A stretch of DNA of 63,974 nucleotides, counting the filler, from Octopus bimaculoides (lineage: Eukaryota), in assembly GCF_001194135.2 (NCBI RefSeq). It is 4 parts of 4 records of this genome, joined end to end, with 100 filler letters (N's around TTAATTAATTAA, not from the genome) between each part and the next. Parts side by side here need not be neighbours in the genome. Positions count along the whole stretch, not along the records: positions 1 to 31,018 come from NC_068981.1; 3 more parts are not named here. One strand, 5' to 3'. The notes below the pieces were generated by a model. That model searched no databases. It had not been told where the DNA came from and saw nothing but the letters and a program-made list of their open reading frames with translations. How positions within the stretch are numbered: position 1 is the first letter of the stretch; every line of letters starts with the position of its first letter. Positions 12,209-25,358 of this stretch are shown piece by piece. The position numbers were made by a program, and so were the translations under genes.

Positions 12209-13015
12209 TCTCTCTCTCACACACACACACATACACACACACATATGCACGAATACATGTGTGTGTGTGCGTATGTATAATGTTTGTACGTCTCATGTTA
12301 TATATATTTTTTTGTGTGTATTTTCGTTTGCGTCTGTCTTTCGAAATAGACCTGTAAATATAATGATAAACAAAGAATCGGTGAAACCAGGGAGAGCTGT
12401 ATATATATTTTGGTAGAAAGAGAATATGTGAATGCTCGTCGGACGCACCGGGTGAATTTAATCTTCAGGATATACTGAATTCAGGGTTAAGCTATATATA
12501 CATACATACATACATATAACTACATATACATATATACATATGTATGTGTTATGTATGCATGACTGTAATGTTTCGTTTGTTTATCCGTAGTTTGTTTTTA
12601 TGCAGGTATTGACGTACAGATTTATACAAACACAATTACAAACCTTGAATCGATATAAACACAAGCGCGTATGTATGAATGTATGTATAAGTCTATGTAT
12701 GTATATATGTATGTATGTATGTATGTATGGATGGATGGATGGATGGATGTTATGTATGTATATATGTATGTGTGTGTGTGTGTATGTATGTGTAACATAT
12801 ATTTATACATGTCTCTGTGTGTATTATTCTTCCTGTACATGTACTGTACTCCTTTACATATACAAAGCACATTCGCAAATATCACACACACGCACGCGCA
12901 CATCTATGTGTATGTATAATATAGATGTTTTTGATGTGTTTTTATTTAAGAAAACATTACTGACAAAGAACTCAAGACGTAAAGACAATTTCATAAATAT
13001 ACATACATATTACGT

Positions 13016-13064
<49 letters not shown>

Positions 13065-13115
13065 TATATACATATATGTGTATTTGTATTAGTATGCGCG
13101 TGTGTACACACACAT

Positions 13116-13147
<32 letters not shown>

Positions 13148-14074
13148 GCACGTGTAAGTATATACATACNNNNNNNNNNCATATATATGCACGTGTAAGT
13201 ATATACATACAAGTGTTTTTGCATTACTATGCGCGTGTATATATGTATACATACATATATGTGTGTGTATGTGCGTATGTGCGTATGTATGTATGTATGT
13301 ATGTATGCATGTATGTATGTATGTATGTATGTATGTATATGGAATCATGCATGCATGCATAGAAAATGAAAGACGAATGCACCCACGCACGTAATAACAT
13401 GATTTAATATCTATTTAGCAATGATTTCATATACTCGGGATAAAAATAAAAATAAAAAGAAACAAAAACACGTAGAGATGGTTCTGGGTAGAGGTAGAAC
13501 GTTGTTAGATGGGATTTGAGTAGAGTGAAAACATATTATCAGGCTAAATAACTGAAAGGGTTGGTAGCGATGGGTGGTGGGTATAGGTTAGGTAGAGTAC
13601 TGCAGACTTGTTCTGGGCGATCTTAATTGCCTGCTTGTCAATCAACCTGATCGATAATAATGTCTGGGTCATACCGTCCTAAGCTATTTCGCACTTTTAC
13701 CATAGCCGGCTCTGGTTCTTATACAATACAACTCAGCTAATCTTTCGCATTTAGCACATACGCAAAAATATATATGTACGCACTACGCTGACGCGGATAG
13801 AGAGATAGATAGATCATAGTTGTACTAAATACGTGTATAGATATATACACCCATGTATGTATGTATGTATGTATGTATGTATATGACTATACATGTATAT
13901 ATAAATACTTGTGTGTGTGTTTATATTATACGTGTGTGTGTATACATTAATATATATATATAGAATACATGTGTATGCATATATAATGTTCATATACATA
14001 TGTATGTATATATATGTGTGTGCGTGTGTGTGTGTTATATGAATCATATTTGTTTTAGGTATTTGCGTCTGTCT

Positions 14075-14113
<39 letters not shown>

Positions 14114-14660
14114 ATTTATATTATACATGTTCATATGACAAGCATAAAACTGTCTACTAAAGCAACGCCACGTGCACTCATCACTCACACACGCGCACAC
14201 ACATGCACACACATACACGCACACGCACACACATACACACACACAAACATACATACATAGACACACACACACACGTAAACACACATTGTCTATAAGATAA
14301 TGTTTGTGGTAACCATGGTTCCCGAAACATTCCTAAAAGGTATCGTTTTTCAAACTCTGTCTCACCGATTGCATTTACTAATGACTTGAAATACATAACC
14401 AGTGACTTTTAAAAGACAAATCGCTTCAGGGCGTTACGTGGTTCCTAACGTCGAGTGTTTATCATTAAACACCAGGTGCATCTACCTTAACGATCATGAG
14501 AAATTTGCATATGTCACAACATTGAAACAGTTTACTTTTTCTGTTTTGGATTTCAGTCTTCTGTCCAGAATTTCCGTGGCGTGTCGCACAATGTGGTACT
14601 TCTCTGTAAAACTGACACCGTAATAACTTTAATTTGTATAATTTTTGTTTCTATTTTATT

Positions 14661-15109
14661 TATTTCTTTATTGTCCCACAGCGGGGTTAAACATAGAGGG
14701 GACAAACAAGGACAGACAAAGGGATTAAGTCGATTACATCGACTCCAATGCGTAACTGGTACTTATTTAAACGACCGCGAAAGGATGAAAGGCAAAGTCG
14801 ACCTCGGTGGAATTTGAACTCAGAACGTAACGGCAGACGAAATAGCGCTAAGCATTTCGCCCGGCGTGCTAACGTTTCTTATTTCTTTATTGCCCACAAA
14901 GGGCTAAACATAAAAGGGACAAACAAGGACAGACAAAGGGATTAAGTTAATTACATCGACCCCAGTGCGTAGCTGGTACTTATTTAATCGACTCCGAAAG
15001 GCTGAAAGGCAAAGTCGACCTCGGCGGAATTTGAACTCAGAACGTGACGGCAGACGAAATAGCGCTAAGCATTTCGCCCGGCGTGCTAACGTTTCTGCCA
15101 GCTCGCCGC
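14661..15109 (-). mobile_element. Head-to-tail dimer of SINE family A (tail type 1)
   Basis: Two near-identical copies, 14661-14878 and 14881-15109; the left copy lacks the extreme head. Confidence 0.92.
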
Positions 15110-15114
15110 TCTTT

Positions 15115-16570
15115 TTGTTTCTATTTTATAGCTGTGTCAGAGGAGGTCAAGTATCCATGACATTTCGTAAAGTCACAGTTGGTTGATGTCTGAGACTGGT
15201 GCGTGAAAAGAATAGGGGAATGACAAGCAAAAATAAAGCGTGATTAATGGAATTACGGCAGAAGGATGTGATGTGGCAAGATAACGAGTTCGTTTCCATC
15301 AGAATGTTGGCATAATCCGAAGTCTTGCAACGTGGTGCACTTCGTTAAAGACACCAAAGACACCAGATTGTATCATTATATTCGTCGGTGTATAAATTTT
15401 ACCAGCATGGAACAGGTCCAACTAGACATGCTCATATATATTCAAATGTTAAACTTCTGGAAAGTTTTACAGATTTTTACAGTTCCAGTGATGGACTGGA
15501 TTTGTAGTCTTTGAATCAGCTTTCTCCTTCGTGGTTTTGAGAAGCCTAATTTCTCAAGATTGGTATTTAGGCAGTGTGTTACATATCCCAGGGTCCCAAT
15601 AATTACTGGTATAAACTTGAACTTGTAATCTGGATAAAGTAACTGCAAATTTCTCAATAGTTCAGCACAGGTGTTCTCTTTTTCACTGTTCTTCAGCTTT
15701 ATGTTAACATCCGTTGGGCAGTTAATTTCCACAACTGTGCACAGTTTCTCTTCCTTATCCCAAATCATTATATCAGGTCTGTTGTGCTTGCATTTTATTG
15801 AGGTCTTCACTGGCACATTCCACCAGTACTCTTTTTTATTATGGGTGACTATGGCTTCTGCTATATTGTGGATTTTTATTTCTTTGTCCTCGAGGTTATT
15901 CTTCCGACGGATTTTATTATAGAGTGTCCTAGCTACAACATCATGTCTCATCGGTAGATAAAACCACGATGACATTTTCGGACAACTGTCTATGATATGC
16001 ATGATATTTTCAGTGTGAACTTCACAAAGTCTGCATCGGTTGTTACATTTTACGGGTTTTGATGCATCTCTATCCCTTTTGCGCATCAGGTACTTGGTTG
16101 ATATTTCCTGTTCCTGGATTGCAAACGCATACCTTTAAAAGTGGGAGGTAGTAATCCGGCTATTGGTTCATGACAAACTGCTTTGGTGGTCGATGTTACT
16201 ATCATCTCGGAGCTTTCGACTAACATACCCATGCGTAGTCTTCTACTCATATAGGCTCATCCTTTCATCTGATGATACGTTCCGGTAGAGTCATGTATTC
16301 TAGGTTATCAGACAAAAAGTGTTGCTAAAGGAGCTGCCTTCCAAATCTTATGATGTTATCAACCTCATGTATGCAAACTCTGTCAAGGGATGCACTTCGA
16401 CACTTGGTGGTTAAAAGATGTTGCCGTAGGGATATGATACGACATTCAAAGGCATTTTGGATTGGTGTTAATCTTCTGCCGCCTTGTTTTCGTTGTAGCC
16501 AGAGGCGGTCTACGTCACTGTTTATGTGGGAATTATGTGTGCTTGTTAGTACGTTTCGGGTTTTCACGTA
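15115..16570 (-). mobile_element. R4-type non-LTR retrotransposon 3' portion
   Basis: SDVDRLWLQRKQGGR (16325-16567); AFAIQEQEISTKY; open ORF 15442-16086 with CCHC knuckle CRLCEVHTENIMHIIDSC, RHDVVAR and RLE motif NRPDIMIWD...VVEINCP...EKEN. Confidence 0.93.
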
Positions 16571-16628
16571 TGTATGTAATTGTGCATGTATGTATTTCTC
16601 GCTGTCTCTGACTTCATATATATATGTA

Positions 16629-16800
16629 TATTGGTTTCAAATTTTGGCACCAGGCCAGCAAGTTCAAGTGGAAAGGGTACGTCGATGACATTGACCCCAC
16701 TGCTCAACTAGTACTTATTTTGTCAATTCCGAAAGGATGAATGGCAAATTCGACCTCGGCGGAATGTGAAGTAAGATTGACGAAATGCTGATAAGCATTT
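16629..16800 (-). mobile_element. SINE family A (tail type 3), 5'-truncated
   Basis: GGTTTCAAATTTTGGCACCAGGCCAGCAAG...GAAAGGATGAA.GGCAAA..CGACCTCGGCGGAAT. Confidence 0.85.
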
Positions 16801-17149
16801 ATACAATATATATATATATATATATATATANNNNNNNNNNNNNNNNNNNNNNNNNNNNNNNNNNNNNNNNNNNNNNNNNNNNNNNNNNNNNNNNNNNNNN
16901 NNNNNNNNNNNNNNNNNNNNNNNNNNNNNNNNNNNNNNNNNNNNNNNNNNNNNNNNNNNNNNNNNNNNNNNNNNNNNNNNNNNNNNNNNNNNNNNNNNNN
17001 NNNNNNNNNNNNNNNNNNNNNNNNNNNNNNNNNNNNNNNNNNNNNNNNNNNNNNNNNNNNNNNNNNNNNNNNNNNNNNNNNNNNNNNNNNNNNNNNNNNN
17101 NNNNNNNNNNNNNNNNNNNNNNNNNNNNNNNNNNNNNNNNNNNNNNNNN

Positions 17150-17283
17150 ATTTATAATAAAAAGAAATATATACAAATTATGAAAATAATTAAAAAAAAT
17201 ATATACACTGCAGTACTGTTTCTACTTCGCGGATTTTCAGTTATGTATTACGCAACACCCCCGATAGTCGAGGGATTACTGTA
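17150..17283 (-). mobile_element. MITE (same family as 38658), one end, TA flank
   Basis: CAGTACTGTTTCTACTTCGCGGATTTTCA...GATAGTCGAGGGATTACTG-TA. Confidence 0.75.
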
Positions 17284-18019
17284 CTTATTCCAGTATCACC
17301 TGCCCCTCTTCAATCTTTCTTGTACAATCTAAGCTCTTTTGACTTTATCTTGTCACAAAACCGATTGTGTGAGGATATGAGTGTGTATGATGTGCACGTC
17401 GTTCTTTATCTCTCCAAAAACAAGAAAAAAAAAACTTGTACTTGTCTAGCAAGTAAGACAACGTGGTACATAATTTACTGACCTTCGACTAGAGGTTGTA
17501 CAGTCTTGAGGTATCTGGGATATTCCGCACTTCTGCGACCATGAAATACTGTTGCCTCCAGACTTTCAGGCAAACGGAAGGCGTTATATACAAAATGAAA
17601 TGGATCAAAATGGATGTGTAATAAACTGAATGACAGGCGCTGGAAGCCTTTCGAATCAGTTGTAGTAAAATCCACCGGCAGTAGTCACAGTAGCTCAAGT
17701 CTTATCCACAGTTATGTACTGCGGCCATGCGTCGATTACCCTCACTTATACTCACATTATACTCTTCGGTACTTCATTTTCCGTCTCTCTAGTCACTTCA
17801 CCTGTAAAAAGCATCATACAAGTGCTAGTACATCTCTCTCCCTTTATCTCCCTTTCTCTTTGTCTCTTCTCTCTCTCCTATCTTTCTCTTTCTCCAGCTG
17901 TCACATCGTGGTTCAAAGGTGGAAATGATAAAAGGGTGTCCATGACTGCTTGCGACTACTTCAGTATTCAAAGCAATTTGCAAAAGCATAATACATGCTA
18001 CCGTTTTATACTTCCTCGC

Positions 18020-19010
18020 GAGTGACAGCTGTTTATTACATGGTCAAGTCATTTGTGCCCCCCCCATCCCCGCCATCACTTCTTATCTTCTTATTACCTC
18101 GCTAATGACATCCATCATCTGAAGAGCTTGTAAGCATTTACACATCTGTTAGATACCCTAAATGTGGACCACAAACATGACATTTAAAAATAGAAAGAAG
18201 TTCGTGTCTATCTTCAGCTTACAGGGTCCACGTTTCGAAAGATATAAGTATGCAACTGGGAAAATAAGGGCATTGTTCAACTTTGCTTTGACTTACTATG
18301 CTGGCTTTTTCCAAATTGCCTTTTCCAAATGTTGCATATATTAGTCAAACATGTCTTTTCACATTTTGTGAATCCATGCAGTACTCTGCTACTATGAAGC
18401 GCAAACACTGTACCATATTCTACTTTGGAAGCATCCAGAATGTTCCTTCCCGTCTGGGTATATTTGTTTTTCACTTCACACCATTTATTTTCATGCCTCA
18501 TTTATTTTCAGTATGGAAAAGTTGGTGGATATCAGGGTTATGCCGTCAACCTATTTTATATATATGAAGAGGAAACTAATGAATGATAGTCCTTTTGGCG
18601 AAGTCTTTCAGTTATTTAATGATAAATTCGAGGAAGATAACGAACGGGGCGGGGGAATAGCAGATACCTTGACTTTGTCCTACGAGTACTTCAAACCAAT
18701 TCGTCAAGTAATCATCCATGGTCAAGATACATTCGGTTCTCTTGTATAACACCTTTATCATTCGGATTATTTGGCAGGAAGGAATCTATATTTGTTGCTG
18801 TTATATCTTGTCCAAAACAGCTTTAAAGTTAATGAAGATGAAGTAAAAAGCTACCTAATGTATAATTCTTTTTCTGTTATCAGTCTGACTATAAAGATGG
18901 CATTAACAGTGTCTCTACTAGTTCTTAAAACCGAACTGATTTTCTTCTATTTCGGCTTCACTTTTCATTTTGTGGAACTGGATTCTAAAGAACGCTTCTC
19001 CCAGTATTGA
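18020..19010 (-). mobile_element. Decayed RTE-clade LINE reverse transcriptase
   Basis: Minus-strand frameshifted motifs EENQFGF, RDTVNAIFIVRLITEK, FINFKAVLDK, QGICYSP, GMKIN, SFETWTL. Confidence 0.85.
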
Positions 19011-19080
19011 TAAGAGTTATCACATTTTAGTTTGGTGGGGTTCATTGTCCCCCTTTTTATGTAATTTTACCAGAATACTA

Positions 19081-19250
19081 GGCGGACAAAATGCGTAGCG
19101 GCATTTTTCCGTTTCTTTACATTTTGACTTTAAATCCTGCCGAGGTTAACTCTGCCTTTCTTCCCTCTGGGATCGATAAAGTACCTGTCAAGAACTAGTG
19201 TCGATGTAATCGACTTACTCTTTTCCTTCAGAAAATTGCAAGCCTTAAAC
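19081..19250 (+). mobile_element. SINE family A, diverged
   Basis: AAATGCGTAGCGGCATTT...GCCGAGGTTAACTCTGCCTTTC...GGGATCGATAAAGTACC. Confidence 0.75.
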
Positions 19251-19343
19251 CCTTCAACAGACCGCGTCCTGCTCAGGGGTATGTTGTGACATCGGTCACT
19301 TGTTCGCCATGGAATCGGATAACCGTCCTTTTTTAATTTCTTT

Positions 19344-19505
19344 CTGGGACACCGCCTTGAAGAATATTTTTGTCGAATAAATCGACCCCAATACTTTTTT
19401 TAAGCCCGGAGCTTATTCTCTCGGCATCTTTTGCCGATCTGTTAAGTTACAGGGACGCAAAAAATCATCACTGGTTGTCAAGCGCTGTCCATACCCCCCC
19501 CCCCC
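19344..19505 (-). mobile_element. SINE family B tail
   Basis: CACCGCCTTGAAGAA...ATCGACCCCAATACT...TTTTGCCGA...TAAGTTACAGGGACG. Confidence 0.8.
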
Positions 19506-19804
19506 NNNNNNNNNNNNNNNNNNCATACATAATCGATGCGCTTCTTTCAGTATCAAATCCATTTACAAGACTTTGGTTGACCCGAGGTAATAGTAGGAGA
19601 AACTTGGCCAAGGTGCTACGAGTAGGACTGAACCCGAGTAAAAAAAAATAGATCACTGGTCCCGTCTTTTGGTGTCTTTTCTGTTTCCCATTCCATTTTG
19701 AATATTATGTGTAAAATGATAATCCGTATGTTTCTTCTCTTGTTTTTACTACTTCGGCATCCATAGCATCTATATCGGTGGATTTAAGTATATTCATTCT
19801 TTGT

Positions 19805-20013
19805 ATTGCCTTTCCATTTCGTCTATTGTTATTGCTACCCGAGTATCTACATCAGATGGACTATCCATTGCCTTTCCATTTCGTCTATTGTTATTGCTAC
19901 CCGANNNNNNNNNNTATTGCTACCCGAGTATCTACATCAGATGGACTATCCATTGCCTTTCCATTTCGTCTATTGTTATTGCTACCCGAGTATCTACATC
20001 AGATGGACTATCC
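19805..20013. repeat. 62-bp tandem repeat, probably 2 real copies inflated by a 10-N overlap gap
   Basis: Unit ATTGCCTTTCCATTTCGTCTATTGTTATTGCTACCCGAGTATCTACATCAGATGGACTATCC on both sides of the Ns at 19905-19914. Confidence 0.85.
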
Positions 20014-20099
20014 AGGTTGTCTGCCATTGCTTCTGTGTTGAATGTCAGTTTAGTGTTAAGATGTTCAAAATGGTCTTTCTAGAATTGAAGTAGTTCGGG

Positions 20100-20900
20100 T
20101 GTGTTTGTATGTTACTTTAATTGTATGGGATAAGTATTTCCCCTCTTCCCCTACATTTCACCGACTGACTTCTATTGTTCTCGCAATCAGCTTCCAGTAG
20201 TTCTATTTTGTCTTTAGGTTCTTGTTTCTTTTGTACATTCACTGACGGTTTGACTGTTTTGTATCGCTCGGCTTTCACAATATCGTTGGAGTTTTTTAAC
20301 ATTTTTCTTCTATTTCTCTGCCATTGTTCACAAACTATATTTCTGAAGGTAGGCCTGTCTAACACTTGCGTTCAAGTGCTTTCAAGCTGACGGCATCTTC
20401 TATTGCTATGTTTGAGGTTTCTTTGAAAGACGCACACACGTTGTCTATTTCAACTGTCTCCAGCTATATTTTAAACTTTCAAGCAAGTCCTTTATCAGGA
20501 ATTTCGTTCATGCCGCATCGTTTTAACACAATTTGTATTCTACTTTGCTTTTCTGTTTTCATCTAAAATTTGACAAGAACAGTAAGATTTAAATCTATCT
20601 CATCCGTTTGGTTTTAACTTGTCCTCAGTAACAAATAATATGTTCTATCGGACTGCGGGTGTCGATTGAGACTCATGTTGCCTGTCTGTTCATTGAGTGG
20701 TAGAAAAAAGGTATTTATTACACTGAACCGTAATAGATCTAGCGACTTAAATAAGAATGCATTTTGCAAAAAAAAAACCAATATGAGATTTTCTCTATTG
20801 GTATCTACCACAGTATAGTTTGTTCTAACAGAACATCCATGTTTAACTGGGGATAAATATTACCTGCCAGTAATATTTCTACCTCCGAGACCCCACAAAA
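20100..20900 (-). mobile_element. Decayed RTE-like LINE C-terminal region
   Basis: Frameshifted NI(H)WQ..NMDVL near 20830-20880 and LDRPTFRNIV...EQWQRNRRK, resembling RTE C-termini. Confidence 0.5.
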
Positions 20901-21336
20901 AACAAATATTGTCTAGAGCAGACCCCAAAGTCTAGAGCAGACCCCTCTTTAAAAGTGCCACACGAGGCGGACCGCCTCCCCCATCCCGAGCTACACTAGT
21001 GACTACAATGTTGTATAGCAGATACCTATTACTGCAGACATGGCTTCATTACGGAGATAATCTTGGGCACGTTCTCTTGGGATATTCTTCAGCAAATGAT
21101 TAGCTTTTTCTTATCGTAGCAGCATGAATTTATATAAGGTCCTCAGTCCGAGGAACATACGACATTAAGGCTTAAAAAATCCCGGCAGCGTTTATCATTA
21201 AGTGAAATGTAAGAAGGCTTAACGACAAATACAAGCTAAAGCTACAAGTAAACGATTATTAAAGAATTTTAAAAATCACGCTTTTGATGTTTCTGAAACA
21301 TTTGTATGTATGTATGTATGTATGTATGTATGTATG

Positions 21337-21372
<36 letters not shown>

Positions 21373-21831
21373 TGTATGTATGTATGTATGTATGTATATA
21401 TGTATATAGGTGTGATTTAGTTTTATTCTACTCTATATGTTTTTTTTCTTCGCTTTCATTTCTTTTTTATCCGCTCTGCTGCATTACGTAAGCTTGGTTA
21501 ATGTCTCTGGCAAGATTTTTACAAAAATGAGAAACTAAACAAAAAAAAAAAAAANNNNNNNNNNATATTCGGTGTGCATTTAAAGTAATGATTAGAAATA
21601 TTACGAAACCGGTATGCTTTTGAATCTCTTTAACAATTCACAATAATGTCTTTTATTACTTTTATTCCTACCTCAGTTCATCTAATTGTATATATCTATC
21701 GTTACTTTTCATAAAAAGCCTTTACATTTTTTGATTTCCAATGTGCATTTTCGCTTGTTTTTCTTCTTACTTTCCTCTTACATTTCCACGTCTAGTTTCT
21801 ATTTTGTTTTTGTAACATATTTCTATTATAC

Positions 21832-21894
<63 letters not shown>

Positions 21895-22260
21895 CCGTGT
21901 GTATGTGTATATATGTATATATACATATATGTAATGAATATAATTAACGGGAAAAAGTCTCATAGACTCGTAGCATGTGCTAGAAAATGCAGTTCAAATA
22001 TAATTAGATAAATGGGATTAAGTAAGGATTATTCACGAATCAGGTTTAAGAGATCATAAGCCTGTTTTACTGCAACCCGTTATATACTACAATGTACTCT
22101 CACAATTTCACTCCTCGCTTTTACAAGAAAAATCCTTCCGTACGACCATGACAAAGCATATTAACAAATGCAAGCACCCAATTATGCGCCATATTTGAAA
22201 AATCGCATGTACACATATACATGACGACACACTCAAATACACGCATATACTCACTCAAAT

Positions 22261-22343
<83 letters not shown>

Positions 22344-22611
22344 CATACAGAGTTTGGTTTCCGCTTAACATAGACTGGACGTATATGAGTTTGTATAGCT
22401 TCATAATGCGGAAATAATTTTACATTTTGGTAAATATTTGTATAAAGGCACACGTATAAATCTATCTATCTATCTATCTATCTATCTTTGTCCCTCTCTT
22501 TTTCTCTTTTACCGAATACTCTTTTACTCACACATGTATGTATGTGTGTATGTGTGTGTGTGTACATTCTTTTATTCTTTTATTCGTTGCAGCCATGTAG
22601 CTGCGGGCATA

Positions 22612-22665
<54 letters not shown>

Positions 22666-22944
22666 NNNNNNNNNNNNNNNNNNNNNNNNNNNNNNNNNNN
22701 NNNNNNNNNNNNNNNNNNNNNNNNNNNNNNNNNNNNNNNNNNNNNNNNNNNNNNNNNNNNNNNNNNNNNNNNNNNNNNNNNNNNNNNNNNNNNNNNNNNN
22801 NNNNNNNNNNNNNNNNNNNNNNNNNNNNNNNNNNNNNNNNNNNNNNNNNNNNNNNNNNNNNNNNNNNNNNNNNNNNNNNNNNNNNNNNNNNNNNNNNNNN
22901 NATACATATATATATACATATGCTTACATACATAAATATTTGTA

Positions 22945-22991
<47 letters not shown>

Positions 22992-22995
22992 GTGT

Positions 22996-23045
<50 letters not shown>

Positions 23046-23772
23046 CTAGTATATCAATCATACTGATAGGTATGTATACATATTTCAAAGTACGCAGACA
23101 TATCAAGGTGATACATATGTAGAAAACATTCATTTGTATTTGTAGAAATATTTATAGCCTATCATACTGGTTCTGACAACAGCCAAAATAGTTTATAAAT
23201 TAAACCAGAGAGATAGATAGACATACAGACAGATAGACAGACAGAGAGACACAATGATAGATAAATAGATAGATAGATAGAGAGAGAGAGAGAGAGGGGG
23301 GGAGGCAGAGGGAAATTAAATATATGGAAAGCAGATTATCACTACATCTAGGTATGTACATATATATGCTGTAGCACGCCAGCTGTTGTCGGATCAGGTG
23401 AGTTGGTTTGCCACATGGTATCTGAGAGAGGATCTCTTTCAAACAAAAGCAGCCTCCAAACTTCTGAACAAAATGCAGTGGACTGAAGCTGATTTGTGCC
23501 AACGTGAAATTGTATACTTCATGTTGTCTAAACTTCTCAAATGACTTCTGAACATTTTTTTTTTGTTGCTTTTTTTTGTTTTTTAATGTTTGTGTATATG
23601 TGTGTGTGTGAGGGTATCTTGATATTTTGTACATGGTGATGTAAAGTCGCCATAGTATTTTCATGATATATAAAAGTTTCCTTTCATTATTTTACAATTT
23701 TGTCTTTAGTACCATCTCAAATATGATGTCGTAAAAATGTATAGATACATAAGTATGTGTACGTTTCTATGT

Positions 23773-23820
<48 letters not shown>

Positions 23821-23825
23821 CTATA

Positions 23826-24051
23826 TATCTGTAAAAATATGCGACACTTATTCGGTAGCCATGATAAAATTCNNNNNNNNNNNNNNNNNNNNNNNNNNNN
23901 NNNNNNNNNNNNNNNNNNNNNNNNNNNNNNNNNNNNNNNNNNNNCAATGGCCGGATAACTGAAGAGATGTTGGCGTGGGTTCCAACCCTGGCATCCGAAA
24001 CTCGGAGTTTTATCATGGCTACCGAATAAGTGTCGCATATTTTTACAGATA
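23826..24051. mobile_element. Inverted pair of Penelope-like terminal repeats
   Basis: 44-bp perfect inverted repeat TATCTGTAAAAATATGCGACACTTATTCGGTAGCCATGATAAAA (23826-23869 vs 24008-24051) enclosing a hammerhead motif. Confidence 0.7.
23954..24014 (+). ncRNA. Type I hammerhead ribozyme motif
   Basis: Stem I GATAA/TTATC, core CTGAAGA (23959-23965), stem II GATGTTGG/CTGGCATC plus one extra C, GAAA (23997-24000), stem III ACT/AGT with CGG loop, cleavage triplet GTT (24007-24009). Confidence 0.7.
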
Positions 24052-24103
24052 AATTCCTCTATTTACATAATATCGAGGTCTCTTTCTTTCTTTTGTTTTC
24101 CTT

Positions 24104-24168
<65 letters not shown>

Positions 24169-24175
24169 ATAGATG

Positions 24176-24415
24176 TCTTTTATCTTTTACCTGTTTCAGT
24201 CATTAGACTGCGCTCATGCTGGGACTCCGCCTTGAATTTTGGCTCGAATGAATCGATCCCAGTACTTATTTTCAAAGCCTGGTATTTATTCTATCGGTCT
24301 ATTTTGTCAAACTGCTAAGTTACAGGGACGTAAACACACCAATATCTGTTGTCAAATGGTGATCGGGGTACAAACACATACGCAAACACACATCCACGCA
24401 CACACACACACGCAT

Positions 24416-24461
<46 letters not shown>

Positions 24462-24480
24462 CACACACACATATATACGA
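24176..24480 (-). mobile_element. SINE family B tail plus internal (CA)n
   Basis: TCTTTTATCTTTTACCTGTTTCAGTCATTAGACTGCG...CATGCTGGG...GTTACAGGGACGTAAACACACC. Confidence 0.85.
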
Positions 24481-24537
24481 TAGGCATCTTTTAGATTCCA
24501 TCTACCAATACGTAGATACATTTACATGCTTACATAC

Positions 24538-24615
<78 letters not shown>

Positions 24616-24645
24616 CTCTATCTCTCTATCTATCTATCTATCTAC

Positions 24646-24700
<55 letters not shown>

Positions 24701-24702
24701 CC
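24538..24702. repeat. (TATC)n/(TGTC)n tetranucleotide array
   Basis: Visible. Confidence 0.95.
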
Positions 24703-25263
24703 TGTGTGTGTATGTGTGTGTGTGCGTGTGTGCGTGTGTGTGTTTGTCTATGTACAAATAACTCGTGTAAACTTTGATGCAAAAGGGAAAGAAGGAAACA
24801 AAAAATATATAGTATCAGGTCAGACATACGAAAGAACAGGTCTAAAAAGGGTGGAAATATATAGCAGTAAAACAACTAAGAAGTGTACAAAGAAGCGCGA
24901 TATGCATTTAATATCTTATAGAAAGAAATGTTTTTATCAAAATATGAGAGAACATCAAGTTTTCTAAAAATATGACACTACAATGGTAATTCTATTCAAA
25001 TGTGCAGCTGGACTAATTTCAACAGACCTGGTTTGTCCGATCGGCTGGCAGTATGTACGGCCGGGCAACAGACCAGCTTTCTTGGAATACCTAAGTTATT
25101 GCAGTCAGCGAGGTGATTGGAATCCTAAGTGTTTAATGAATATGGTACGTTGATCGGCGAAGGTTGTGGTGTGAAATATCAAGAGGGGAAGACGAGATAC
25201 AAATTAAGAAGATCAGATGAGCTCAAGTAACCACGGTTGTCAGGAAGTATATATTGATTGCGA

Positions 25264-25358
<95 letters not shown>

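Noticed and set aside
12290-12352. Strong minus-strand acceptor (TTATATTTACAG|G) followed by a basic peptide
   Set aside because: No donor; it runs into microsatellite and no homolog is recognised
13140-13210. Direct repeats flanking 10-N gaps (also 19905 and 30155)
   Set aside because: Same overlap artefact; not treated as biological duplications
17475-17698. PH-domain-like LKVWRQQYF and a GAAG|GTCAGT donor
   Set aside because: The frame ends in a stop before the donor and there is no further domain similarity
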